The notes under the pieces: model-generated | Seen by the model: the letters and a program-made list of their open reading frames with translations, nothing else | What the model was told of the DNA's origin: nothing | The model's database searches: none | Position numbers and translations under genes: made by a program | Assembly: GCA_010909165.1 (NCBI GenBank) | Contig: MU008205.1 | Location: 1 to 64,000, forward strand | Reading direction: 5' to 3' | Source: Anthoceros angustus | Taxonomy: Eukaryota > Plantae > Anthocerotophyta | DNA length: 64,000 bases | In this document: positions 22,754 through 36,890 of the stretch, one piece after another | Position numbering within the stretch: the stretch's first letter is position 1 | How the letters are laid out: each line of letters opens with the position of its first letter

Positions 22754-25700
22754 ACCGTGTGTAAACTGCGTCTTCAAGATCCCACTTCCGTCCGTGTCTC
22801 TTTGTCATGGGTGAGGATGCCGGAGAAGCTGTCGAGGTGCATCACATGTATGCGCATTGTACAAAACTACAGTATCTACATATTAGTATATGTTTGTACT
22901 GAGCAAGCCCAAGAAGAGACTTCTTAGCAAGCCCAACAACAGTCTTCATCCTGGGTCCGGCAACTGGGCAGACCAATGCCCAGCACCAAAAGGAAAAGGG
23001 GGCTCCAACCGGATGTGTCAGGCGGGAGCCGCTTTCTTGCTCCAGATTACGAGACGGGTCCAGTAGGCGACAGGCTGTACAGCTCCAGAATGTGAGGTGG
23101 CACATGGCTTCTCCAGAGCTGTCATGGTAGGAATCAATTTCTACGGCTAGTCTTATCCCTTAAAAGGGGATACTTCAAGCCTAAAACATGCTAATTAATT
23201 TAAGCCATAAGCTAAGCCTCACTATTACTAACCACATAGCTTACAAGAAAAGGTATGTGAAAAATTGGTCTCCATTGTGGTTCCAGATGGATGAAGTGTC
23301 TCATATCGAGATTTTTGACTCTCCATCTTAGCTTTATGTTTTCCAAGCGTTTGTAGTGATGTAATGTTGGCCATGAGAAGATGTTATGTTGCACCCATCC
23401 GCTCAAAAGCTAGCTCACCATATTCATGGCCTCCGAGTTGAGGGAAGGCGTGAGTGTTTTCTTTCTAGTCTTTTTAAGTATAACATGAGCGGGCTGCATA
23501 CAATCTTTGCTCAATACTAAGGTAGGCATCTTGTATGCTACAAATCTTCATGATGTGTTTAATCGCACCTTCTTTGCTCAGTACGAAGTAGGCATATGGT
23601 CTGCTATAATTTTTCATGACGTGCTAAACTACACCTTTTTTGTCGATCAATCTAGAAACCGCATATGCAGATATTCAATTTCATCACCATGATCAGTCGG
23701 AACATAGTAAATAATTAGTAATGCTTTGAATCCAACAAGTTGCTATATAAAAAACCTAGTAGACATAAATAAACTTAAAACCTGGAAACTGCATAAATAA
23801 TCAATAATAAATTTGGTAAACACAAAAATAATCAAGCACATAAATAAAATTAAAAATGGGAAACCGAATAAATAACCTATACCTAGTAAATGTATAAATA
23901 ACCTATAAGAAACTTGGGCAACTCATAAATAAACCTAAAAAATATATAATAACTATTGCATCGTAAATCATTTCTGTAAAAAACCATACCCGACTAAGAG
24001 GAACAATTGCTTACCTTATGAAGAAGAGTATACACTTTCTTTTACCCAAAACAATGCAAATCCAAACAAAACGTTCTCTATGTTTCAGGGATGAGACAAA
24101 TCATGTGAAAGGAAACTTCCATTTTTTTTACTTACTCTCAAAATGGTAACCCAACGAGGTGGCAAGATTGCAATGCTAACAATTAAATAAGTTAAAATGT
24201 AATGTATATTTCATTATTTCAATATCCATCAACGGAAGTATAAGACTTATGTAATTCGTAGAAGTCCCTAGGGAGCGCACACCGAACTCCCTCGAGTGAG
24301 TTTTTCAGCGCGAGGTAGTTTGCAAAGAACTTGAACTTGAACTTAAACTTAAAAATGCCTACATGTGGATTGAATCATACTTCTAATCGCAACACGATGA
24401 AGAATCTGGAAGACACATAAATTTAATATTTGCATAGGAATACGTCGCATTTCTATCTGATGTCGCCGTAGGAAGACTCACCGCAGCTTCCTAGATGCTC
24501 GATGGAAATCCATGAGTCCTTGTGAGTGTGCTTTCTAAATTAGGGATTGACAAGGACAGGGACATTCTGACAAGGACTCAAGAGAGAGAATCGCGATGTT
24601 TGTCCTTTGCCTGAAGCTCGCTCACTCGGCTCTCTTCCAAGACCCCTACTTCACCAAAGAATTTCCTAACTGAAGCCATGTAGGATTGACCTTAACTCCT
24701 CATGTCTACATTTACCCTCATCGCTGCCTCCGCTGGTAACATTGAAGCATTGTTGCTTATCAAAACTTGAGAGAAAACATGGTTTTGAATGAAATTTCTC
24801 TCTCTCCCAAATAAAGAGAAAAGAATATTTTTCTCTCTTTTCAGGAAAGAGGACTCTCTCTTACACTCGTTACTGGGTTTTTTCTATTGGAACCCATAAC
24901 AATCAACTGAGGTTTCCCATTTAGTAAGAGGGTATTATTTCCTCTACTTCCACGAAAGTTGTGGAGCTGGGAAAAAAAAAAGGTATTGATACCTCTACTC
25001 CTAGTCAAGCTATTCAATGTAAATATGAAGTAACTGTGGGCTCTAAGCAAAATGCTGGAATGAAGCTAGTAGATGTTCATGAACTTTTTCTCCTGGATTG
25101 TGAGAATGTGATTTCTCTTGATTCAGTCATCTGCGGTCGCAGGACCTACAATTAACACATCGAGCTCCACAATTCCCGCAACATCTACAAATTTTTTCAA
25201 CATACAAAATCTTAAAAGCTCAACCACATATAAAATCTATTAAGCTCTACAACATAAGAATATAATAGGTAATATAGAATATAACTTTTATAGTAGTATC
25301 ACAAAGTCCAATAATCCCAAAATCATAATCTACGAAAACATCTTGTTGCACATTAGAGTTAGCGAAAAGCAAGGTTATTTTCCAAACAGGATTTTACGAT
25401 ATTCAAGGTGATAGGATCTTGGGTATGCAAACATCAATCCTCACAACAAATGTCTTGCCTTGGATAGGAATAGGGACATAGTTAGGCCCATGGACCAAAT
25501 CAGTTTCAGAAAGCTTAACCCCAGAACAACGAACCGGAATTGAAAGCTGCTTTTCGCAATAGATGGATTATTTTTGTCGTCATTTCTTGCATACGAAATT
25601 AAGTTCAATAGAATTGGGAACATAGTCCTCTCGAGACTTGTTTCGGAACCCTCACACTTAGCTCCTTCATGTTCATGAAGAAGAGCCCAGATATTTCGAT

Positions 25701-25924
25701 CTTCTCGTATAAAAATTGTTAACTAAATATTAAAAATAATAAGCTATATAAATTTCTTCATCCCTATCATTCTGTAGTTTAAATCCTTGATTTAGGTGGC
25801 TAGTGAGTACAACTATGATGTATCCAAGAGATTGATATATCCAAGAGATTGCATATAGCCAAGGATGAGTTGATAGGTGTGTGCAAACAACTCGGGAGCT
25901 ACCCCTATTACCCCTCACCGGAGA

Positions 25925-26243
25925 AACGGACAGTGACCAGGGGTCAAATCTCGGGGCGGGGCATTCCCATGGTGTCCCCCCCCCCTCCCCACCCCAACCT
26001 TTTATGGAACCAGGCTCGGAGCCCGGCATCGGGTTGGCCCAAATGGCGGGCGGCCCTTGGATCACATGCCGGCTGGGAGCGGGAAAATTTGCGGCGAGAG
26101 ACCTTGTTTTGCATATGTAGAACGGTCATCCCGCCAACGTCTCTCACATCAAAACGGGATTAGGGCTACGACGAAGGGGAGGCGTTGGCGGGAAGTCGCA
26201 AAATATCCCCTCCGTTACGAGTAACGGGGTTGCCGAGTGGGCC
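25925..26243 (+). promoter_or_regulatory. Putative cell-cycle promoter of alpha-tubulin (AACGG MSA-like cores, E2F-like site, site II motifs)
   Basis: AACGG or CCGTT at 25925, 26121 (AACGGTCA), 26153, 26212 and 26223; GCGGGAAA (reverse complement TTTCCCGC) at 26079-26086; GGCCCA at 26036 and TGGGCC at 26238. Motif matches only. Confidence 0.35.
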
Positions 26244-26501
26244 AAAGCCCGTCGTAATTTTTGAAATGCCTCTGGCAGCCAGCATGTGCTCGGGCGTGCT
26301 AGAGAAATAAATCCCTGCCCGCTTTCTCCCGCCCTCACTCTTTCTCTTCTTTCTCTCTTCTTTCTCACTGCGCCGCCCGCGGCACTACTCCTGCGCCCTG
26401 CCTCGCTCGCCTTCTCCCGGACAGCTCCAGCGCTCGCGGCATTGCGCATCGGAGCGCATTGCTTGCCCCCGCTTCTTGCCGGCCTGCTTCTGCACCCTCA
26501 G

Positions 26502-26926
26502 GTGAGCTACCGGTGACGTGTGGCGTCCAGATCTGGTTCTGTGTCTCGCGGCGGCTTAGGACTGCGCCCTTGCCTGTTTGTTTGTTGCTCATCTTGGACT
26601 GATCGGCGCTCTCTGTGCCCGGAAGCTTTGATGTAGTCTGTGTGTTTGCTTCTGCTCTGTGTCGTGGAGTTTTAAGGTCGGCAGCTGTGCCGTGTCTGTG
26701 GGAAGCCCACAGCCGGTCGGCGGTAGCTGCTGTTCGTGTCTGATCTCTTGCGGGAGAAAGCGGTGGGTTGTTGTGTGCCTTGACGTTTTTTCTACTACTG
26801 GGGAATACTGCCCTGGGCTCGTCCTTGTTACGCCGGTGTTCCGTCCTTAGAAGGATATGGCGCTCTGATGGCCCCGATCTAGTTTTTTTCTGATGTTGTC
26901 TCTTGTTATGTTCCACTCTTGCGCAG
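26502..26926 (+). other. Putative 5'-UTR intron of alpha-tubulin
   Basis: Donor CAG|GTGAGC at 26502 follows a CT-rich leader. T-rich acceptor ...CTCTTGCGCAG| ends at 26926, 67 nt before the ATG. Confidence 0.55.
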
Positions 26927-26966
26927 CTATTTCTTGATCTAAGCTGGTTCCCTCCCCTGCGCGTAG

Positions 26967-28669
<1,703 letters not shown>

Positions 28670-29052
28670 ACGGATCTCACCAGAGGCTATGAACTTGGTC
28701 TAGGTCATTTGTAGGTGGAATCAGGATTTTTCCGCGTGTTGCTACTTGAGCTGCAAAGCAGGCTATCATTGAACTTTGAGGTCATTAGAATATGACTTGT
28801 AATTGTTCTTGCACTCAAGGGTGTGAGTCCGATCTGTTTGATAGTTCGTCTTTGGAATACTTTATTGTTACGCGAGATAAATTCGTATTGATATCAGTTT
28901 AATTTTTCTATGAAACCTTCCTATTTCTAAATTCCCATTATCCATGAGGGTATAGCAATCTTGGAGGAGGAATGAATTAAGTCCACCGTGGATGTTATGT
29001 ACATACACAGTTCCCGTCGCACGTGTTTGTGTCGTCTTAGCTCGTATGGAAC

Positions 29053-32000
29053 ATGGATAACCGAGTGGGCGCGAATTACTACCTTGATGGCTGTACAGTG
29101 TTCCCGCGCAGCATCACCGTGAACACCGGGGTCTCGACCCGTCTTGAGATCCAGCGCGTCCTCGCCGTGCTTCTCCCGCGGGAGGAGCATAGCGGGGACC
29201 GAGACAAAGACCCTTCTCTTCCAGACCAAGTAAAAGACCTGCTTAATTACGCTTGCCGGAGTAAGAATTCTCTCCCCTCCACAAGTTCGCCGGCTGCTTG
29301 CGTCATTGGGGGACGCATCTGCGGGTAACCGTGTGGCCTCCGCCATGCCGAATCGGCATATCTTCAGCCCCAGTGCTCCATCACCATCTACTTGGGCCAG
29401 CTGCTCGTCGCCCTGAAGACTTGTGGTCCGGATGCTCGAGCTCGTCCTCCGAAGATGTTTGCGATGGCTGCTCTAGCTCCTCGGATGAGGTTTGGGCAGA
29501 CCGCGGGGAGGAGTCAGAAGATGGAGATTTTGGAGAACCCAACAAGGCCGACGGCCGCACTCCACATTACTCTCCTTCTCGAGGTCTGTCCGGTTTTGCA
29601 CATTGCAGGTAGATGAACATTCCAGTCAGAGCATGGTGGTTAGGAAATGCGACTTAGTATGTAGCCTGACGAAATGCCGTTTGCTATTGTCCAGATCATC
29701 GACAACGAGCTTTGGGCAATCTGGATTTTTGGAACAGAAGTTTAATCCTTCAGATAACGGGCAACAGACCCGAATATCTGGAGCCACTAACTCCCGAGGA
29801 CTTGGAGAAGTTTGGGGAGGTTCCGCTGGAGCGGGAGGAGTCATTTTTGTGCAATCTTGTACATGACAGGAAGATCCCGGAACCTGTGGGAATGACCAAG
29901 GTCTGCATTTCGAACAAGGCTTTGTGCATTTTCCCAGAGTTTATGGCAGCCGTACTTGTGGTACGCTTGCAGAAACACTGGGCAAGGGATGCCAATGTGG
30001 TCACTATACCTGAATGCAGTATCGATCCACAGGCTCACTGCACTTACAAGGTCAGTGTATGGGGCTTTTTGGGTGCGTGTAGCTCGGGGTGTCACAATGT
30101 GAACTTGTACAATGTGGTGCAGTTCGCTTCACAGGGTCCCAGAATGTGCCCTCTGGTGTAGTTGCTGGCAGGGCAGAAGTCCATTTGCAGGATGAAATGA
30201 TTTGCAGCGAGTACTTGGTGAGGATAGTGTGCTTCGTGTGCAGTTTGAAGATGTTCCTGACAGGGACTACGACAACTACCGGATGGTTTTGGAGCATGGC
30301 ATTTATTTTGGATTTCGATATTATGCCTACTTGAGTAAGCTGACAGTTCGCTCAGAGCAAAAGTTTTGGCATGTTGGGAAATGAGTAGGAGCTACTTGGT
30401 GGTTAGGAGAGGGTGTGGGTTTCGACCAGGTCCGGGTGTTTTATCACTTGCACACCGTAGCTTCTTCTCAGGCTGATTTTTGTTTGACACATGCAATCTT
30501 GTGGACAGTTCATAAGGAAACAGTGAAAGACAAGGGCAAATCCAAGCCCGGACAGCCAAGGTCCGCATCTGTCAAGTGCTTCTTTGTGTGCCTTGATCCG
30601 ACGCTCCAGCAGATGAGAAGGACCTGAAGGACCTTAGGAACTACTTCTGCGACATATATCAAACGCTACCCATGGCGAAATTTATCGCCAGGCATGTTTA
30701 TGCTGTGCGATGCCGACCAAGCTTGACTACTGCCACTGCCTTGTTTTGACGGGAATGAATATGGGATTTTCTCAGGCAAGAATTATTGCTGACAAAAACG
30801 ATCTGTCAACGGTGAACATATAGGTAGAGGACGACATCCACTGTTGGGTGGGGCATTCACCGTTCCTTGCTCCTCCTGCCACTTTCTCGCTGCAAATGTT
30901 TCAAGCATACTTCAGCGTTTTGGCTGGTAATGTTCTGTTTTATGGTGTAAGCTGTCCAGGACCCTGTAGGAAAGACTCATGTGCCATAGCTGGTACTGGA
31001 CAAGATATAAATATTTCGCTAAGCTCATACCATGTGATATGATCAAAGGTCAAAGCTTGCGAGAAGTGAGCGATCGAGAGGTGGAGTCGACGTCCCCTGC
31101 TGTGTGACTTTGCCGATAGGTTGTCTTTTGTCTGTTATTAATCCTGGAATCGTTTCATGCTCAGGACACCCTGCCCTTGCTGGCACAAGTACGAATGTTC
31201 AAGGGTGGCATCGCTGTCAAGGGCACACTCCTGGCAGTGGAAACTGTAAGGGAAGGACAATAAAGTGTCGTAAGTCGATGGTAAAAGTTTCTCGGGACGG
31301 GGCATTAAGTGATCTGCCCAGTTTTAACTCATTGGAGCCGGTTTCCACAAGGTCAGGATGGTCCATCCGCTTTCTCATCTGAGTTCGTGGTGTGGTTTGC
31401 TTCAAGGGTACACATGATCCGATTGTTATGTGCAACTTTGTCTCAATTTGCTACAGTCGAAAGCCTAAAGAAGCATGTCTCTCCAAGAATCTTATCATGT
31501 TGTTAAGCCTGAGAAAAGTACCCGACAGCTTTTTCCTCCAGCTTCCTCACGATGCGCTCGAGCTGCCAAACGGCAATATAGTGACTTTGAAAGGATCAAG
31601 AAAGGTAGTGTATAACCTGCATGCTTTGGTTCTGTAACTACGGCTTTCGGGGTGAAGCTCATCAATACCTGTTTGTGGCCACAGATGTCATGAAAATGCA
31701 GGGTGGAACTGAATGGTATGCTTAGGAGGTGAGTAGAATGGTTGCAGCAGGGATGGACCCAGCGAAGGAGTTTTACCTGAGAGAGAGGTTGAACGCTCTC
31801 GCCAAGTCTAAATATGAGCACTTCTACGAACTTCTACAAAGGAAGGCTTTGAATGGCAAAATCGTGGTACTTGATGGGTACAGCTAATCCCACTGGTACT
31901 CTCAACATGGGGAGATTGCCTTGATTCTGTAAGTTCTCTTAAATTTGTCTGGTCTTTATGCTGAAAGTTGGCAATATGGACCTGATTTCAGGTTACACGT

Positions 32001-33000
32001 TCCCTCCGTTACATCTGCAGCGACGATGGCCCAATCGTTTGCAAACAAGTCCTCATCTACAGAAACCCAGGCTTACACCCTGGTGACATCAATCCGAAGG
32101 AAGCAACATGGAATCCAGATTTGGAGTATGCTATTCCAACCAAAGGAAGGAAGAATTTCCTGATCTTTTGAACGCAAGGACCTCGGTCTTCTCTAGAAAG
32201 ATCGCCAATGGTGATGTGGATGGTGACCTTTATTGGGGCTGCATCGATACAGAGGAAATGCCCTGTGCAGGCTCCCAGTCAGCCTATTTTCCGAGATGGT
32301 ACGTTGGTGGTGACTGAAGTGGAATTAGAAGAATTGAGGAGTCGTTCATTCTGTCTGCAGCTGACCAGCCATGTGGAGCCGTATGAAGCTTGGGAGGTCC
32401 CACCGAAAGCCACTCAGAACGATCAGAAAGTACCTGCAACTTTGTTGGAAAATGAGCCCGAGCAGGAACTCCATGACGCGTTTCTCAGAGTACGCTTTAC
32501 CTCCAAGTTGGTTACAGGATGCTCCCCTTGCATGACCCAAATTTGGAGGTAGAGACCTACTGTTTCGGTTATGTATCATGATTGCACATCAGTTCAACCA
32601 TAAGCCAATCAGCATGGCACTACTCGCTATCTCTCTCTGGCAGATGAGGATGAAAGGGATAAAAGGCGTATTGAACAGATTCTGAAGAGGATTGTTGACA
32701 TTCGTCACGAAGCAGTAGATTCAGAAAAGTCTGGCGAACAGGTATCCTGGGTGCTAGATTTCAGGTGCTGTCGGTGTAGGCTGGCTATCTCCGCCGTGGA
32801 TTGAACACAAACTCTGGAATGGCAGGTGTAAAACGATTAAAGGCTCGGTATATACCCCACTATCTAAGGAGAGCGAACGAAAAGTTCTTGGCCTCTTGCC
32901 TACCTTTCTACATCCATAATGGTTCACACTCGATTTCGCCTACCTAAGTTTACGCTTGTTTGCTTCTTCCGGTTGCGTGCAGTTTAAGAATTATACCTCT
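29053..33000 (+). pseudogene. RDR3/4/5: Decayed RDR-gamma (RDR3/4/5-like) RNA-dependent RNA polymerase copy
   Basis: Colinear with 51400-55920, introns included. Lesions: N-terminal internal deletion, intron/acceptor deletion at about 31252, in-frame TAG at 31723-31725, 10-nt duplication at about 31821-31840, several frameshifts, DVDGD at 32213-32227. Homology stops at about 33000, before the last two exons. Confidence 0.9.
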
Positions 33001-33809
33001 GACGTGTCCCGGTGTATACACTCATCTAGAATACCAGGTGTTCTGTTTGGACTACCAATGCTACCTGAAGGCAGTGACAGATTGAACAGTGTCCTCTATA
33101 TACAAAGACTAGGGTAGTTGTATGATATGTTAATATTTGGATCCTGATGTTGTAATAATGTTGTAATCTTTGGGTCTTGTTATACTTTTTGGACCCTTTG
33201 TTACATATTTGGAAACCAACTTTTGTTACACTCTCGGTGCAATCTTGCTGCAATCTAATGAGAGGTGGTATGTGTCCCCTCTCAAAATTTCAACATAATT
33301 GCATTAACCATGGTGAGTGTTACAGCGTCTTGTTACACTTCTACAGGCTTGATACCGAACCTCCTTCCCATCTTGTTACACTTCTGTAGGCTTGATATTG
33401 GCCTATTGTATGTTCTTTTGATAATTACCTTAAATTATGTATGCTTACAGATATAATCATATGTATTATAAGTCTATATAATCATTAATAATTATAATCA
33501 TATATACATCATAATATAATTATATATCATTATTATTTTATTATAGATTTTTTTAATGAACAAATATTAAATCCAAAATTACAAGTCCCAGAACCCGTCG
33601 TGTTATTGATCCAATTGGCGCAAGCGCCTTACAAGCTGGACAATCAAGTAGTGGACGTCTATCAACGTGCACCATGGTTGTACGATGCGTTTTGATATGT
33701 AGCCATGGTGGTACGGTGCTATGACCATGTCGACGTTGTATCCCTGAATTTCAATTACTTACAAATCTAACCGTTGATATGTGGCTAGTAGGGACACGCT
33801 GCCATTAGA

Positions 33810-34022
33810 CATCAGCGTGGAAATCTAAGTCACACTATTCGACATCAGCTTGGAAATCTAAGTCACACAATTAGGCATCAACTTGGAAATCCGAGTCACA
33901 CAATTAGGCACCAACTTGGAAATCCTAGTCACACAATTAGGCATCGGCTTGAAAATCTTAGTCACACAATTAGGCACTAACTTGGAAATCTAAGTCATAC
34001 AATTAGACATCAACTTGGAAAA
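33810..34022. repeat. Minisatellite, 33-bp unit, ~6.4 copies
   Basis: Consensus CATCAACTTGGAAATCTAAGTCACACAATTAGG; units start at 33810, 33843, 33876, 33909, 33942, 33975 and 34008. Confidence 0.95.
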
Positions 34023-34512
34023 TTGAGACAGGAATCACAGCATGGAACAAATCTTGGCCTGAACTTGCAATGTTTTGGAAGCACAACAGCTGCTTGGGAT
34101 TATAAGCAATAGCCTTCCATATTGCCATCACCAGCTGCCATTACCTTCTCTAATGTCACTAAATAGTTACGCATTAGCTTGGAGAATTGAGACAAGTATT
34201 ATAGCATGGAACAGATCTTGGCATGACCTTGCAATGCTTTGCAGCATAACAGCTGCTTGCGACTGTGAGTAAGATCCTTCCATGTTGCCATCACCAACTG
34301 CCATCACCTCCTTTAATGCCACTACGCAATCATGCATTAGCTTGGAAAATTGAGACAAGAATCACACCATGGAACAGATCTTGGCCTGACCAAGCAATGC
34401 TTTGGTGGCAAAGTAGTTGCTTGTGACTGCAAGTAAAATCCTTCCATGCTGTCACCAGTTGCCATCACCTTGTTGTAATGTCACTAAACATTTACGCATT
34501 AGCTTGGAAAAT
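34014..34512. repeat. Tandem repeat, ~163-bp unit, 3 diverged copies
   Basis: CTTGGA(A/G)AATTGAGACA...CATGGAACA(A/G)ATCTTGGC...GCATTAG starts at 34014, 34178 and 34341, with a partial start at 34503. Confidence 0.9.
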
Positions 34513-36170
34513 TTAGATAGGTCATCAATCAATAGGCAGCCATCACACCATCACCAGAAAATAAACAGAACATCACTTCGCCCTCACATGAAAGCAATTT
34601 GGTAACACCGATACCATCACTTTGTATCTCACAGTCTTGCTAAACCTCAAGCTTTTGCAGCAAACTATCAGAAAAACCCGTCAGCATTGGCACCCTTACC
34701 CCGGGGAACACAAGCGAGATTCTGTTCCTATGGTGAGTTGCCATGTGCATTTTTAGTGCATTTTTAACCATTTGAAGGTGGGAATGCGTTGATGTCTTCT
34801 TGATCTCCACAATCTCTCACACTGCCTTGTCTACCAATGGATGTTGAGAGCCCATTGTCTCACACCCAGCAGATGCATCTTGGGGGGAGAGGGGGGACCC
34901 TAGCAGATTCATCTTGAACACCTTCCCAAATTTGCAACCATGTGGTTGTGCTGTGCAGCACAAGCAAAGCACAAAAACAACAAAGCTTCCATTGTCAATG
35001 GAAGCTTCCATGTCTTGAAAATTCAACTTTCTTCTAAGCAAACACCAAGCAGCAAGCAACGCAACAATCCTGCACAGTTTCTGCTAGGTCTGGAAGAAGA
35101 GAATGGGGTCTTAGGATAAGAGCTGTAGCGTCTCCCCTCGGGCCATGGTCCTTGGGGGCAACCTACTACGGCATCGTTGCCTGAGCTAACCCACAGAAAC
35201 AATTCGATAGAGAAGGATGACCGTGGCAACCAGCACCAGCTACACGCACAGCCTAGTATCTCAATCTAGGAGCCTTGGCAGCAAAGCAGATGTGAGAGAG
35301 CCAGGCCTCTGCTTCTCCTTCTTTTCCTCCTTGCAGCACTTCCTGCCTGTGCGGGCGAGGGCGCATGTGGGGCGCGGGAGAGGGTACAGTCACAAGCACC
35401 CTGCGAAAGGCTGGCAATTATAAGCAATGATCTGTTAATAAATGTGATTGGAACCCATTGTAAAGCATCCTGTGGTGGTAGGAGTGCATATAGCTTTGGC
35501 AAGAACTCCATAAATAAGCACCCTTTGCCCATATCAGTATTGGGATGGGTGCATGCAATAAGTCACTCACTACTAGAAACATGGTGTCCATGTTATGGTG
35601 TTTTATAACAGGATTCGGGGTTTTTGTAACGTTTATGCCGGTTTTGTAACATGGATTAGGCCGTGTCCGCCTGGACCATTACAAAAACACATGGTATGAA
35701 TCGTGACAACAAAATTTGTTACACACTTTGGGCCCGGTTTGGTCGGAGTCGTTCGGTTCCGCCCCTTGTCAGAGTTTGTGGCCTTTCCGGTCCACGCATT
35801 AATTACCCATCGGGTTTGTTTTCAAACTTAACACGCGCCTGACATCCCCTCCGCTCCCGAATCATTCCAGCCGCGCGTACGCCTGGTCCTTTCGGCGGTG
35901 TGCAACGGCTCATGTCCCGACAGCTGGCCACTGCCCGCCCGGACATGTGGCATGTACATCCTACGGGCCCCATGTACGTCTCCTGAACCTGCTGACATAC
36001 GTCCGATCTGTATGTCGACAGTATGCCGTCATGTCCGCGTCATTTGATACATACGTCGTGCATACGGGTATGCTATGGTGAAGTCGTTATTTGGTCAAAA
36101 TCACAATACACTGTGGGTTACACCTTTGCTAAGCACATGTCATGTCATTTCATGGGTTTTGTAGTTTCGC

Positions 36171-36890
36171 GCCTCGACATCTAATTATACCGGCGGCGAT
36201 TTGATCATGCATCGCCATGACACTTTTGCGGCCTTTGGCTCTTTTCGCATTCCGTGATACAGTGTGCTCCTTTCCGCTTTGTGCCTTTCCATCGTTGGTT
36301 CTCTTGGCGGATGGTTGCGGGCCCTCCACATTGCCGACGCCCATGACCGGCCAGCTCGCATGAGAAGAAACATTAGTGCGAACTGTGCAGCCCAAACCTC
36401 ATGAGTCCATCAAGACGTCTCACCTCGGATTTCGCGCCTCTCTCCTTCCCCTTCGACGCCGAGGCCTTTGTCTTCACCGCCACGCCGGGCCCTCGCTATC
36501 TCGCCTTCTACCGCCAAGACGTGGCCACCTATCGCCCGCCGGCCTCGACATCTAATTATACTCGCGTGCGCGTATTTGGCTTCTTTGTCGCTCATGACAC
36601 TTTTGCTTTGGCTCTTTTCGCATTCCGTGATACAGTGTGCTCCTTTCGCTTTGTGCCTTTCCATCGTTGGTTCTCTTGGCGGATGGTTGCAGGCCCTCCA
36701 CATTGCCGACGTCCATGACCGGTTGTGCATGAGAAGAAACATTAGTGCGGAACTAACGGGCCCAAACCTCATGAGTCCATCAAGACGTCTCACCGGATTT
36801 CGCCTCTCTCCTTCCCGCCGAGGCCTTTGTCTTCCAGCCGGGCCCTCGTCATTCGCCCCGGTACGCCAAGGCGTGGCCACCTATCGCCGC
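36171..36890. repeat. Tandem duplication of ~370 bp inside the CACTA element
   Basis: GCCTCGACATCTAATTATAC at 36171 and 36542; shared CATGAGTCCATCAAGACGTCTCACC and GCCACCTATCGCC further downstream. Confidence 0.85.

Noticed and set aside
22142-22777. 211-aa antisense ORF over dioxygenase 2 (also antisense ORFs over tubulin 28127-28537 and DCI1 57286-57737)
   Set aside because: Shadow ORFs expected from GC-rich codon bias; no independent motifs.
23100-25900. AT-rich block with ATAAATAA(A)CCTA-like reiterations; considered as a TE or telomere-like tract
   Set aside because: No TIR, TSD, LTR pair or coding motif was found, and the repeats are not TTTAGGG arrays. Left unannotated.
31723-31725. 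In-frame TAG in the upstream RDR copy as a read-through or recoding site
   Set aside because: It is accompanied by many frameshifts, a lost splice acceptor and 3' truncation, so pseudogenisation is the simpler explanation.
34700-35500. Short ORFs left of the CACTA TIR as captured gene fragments
   Set aside because: ORFs are under 90 aa, with no recognisable domain and no consistent splice pattern.
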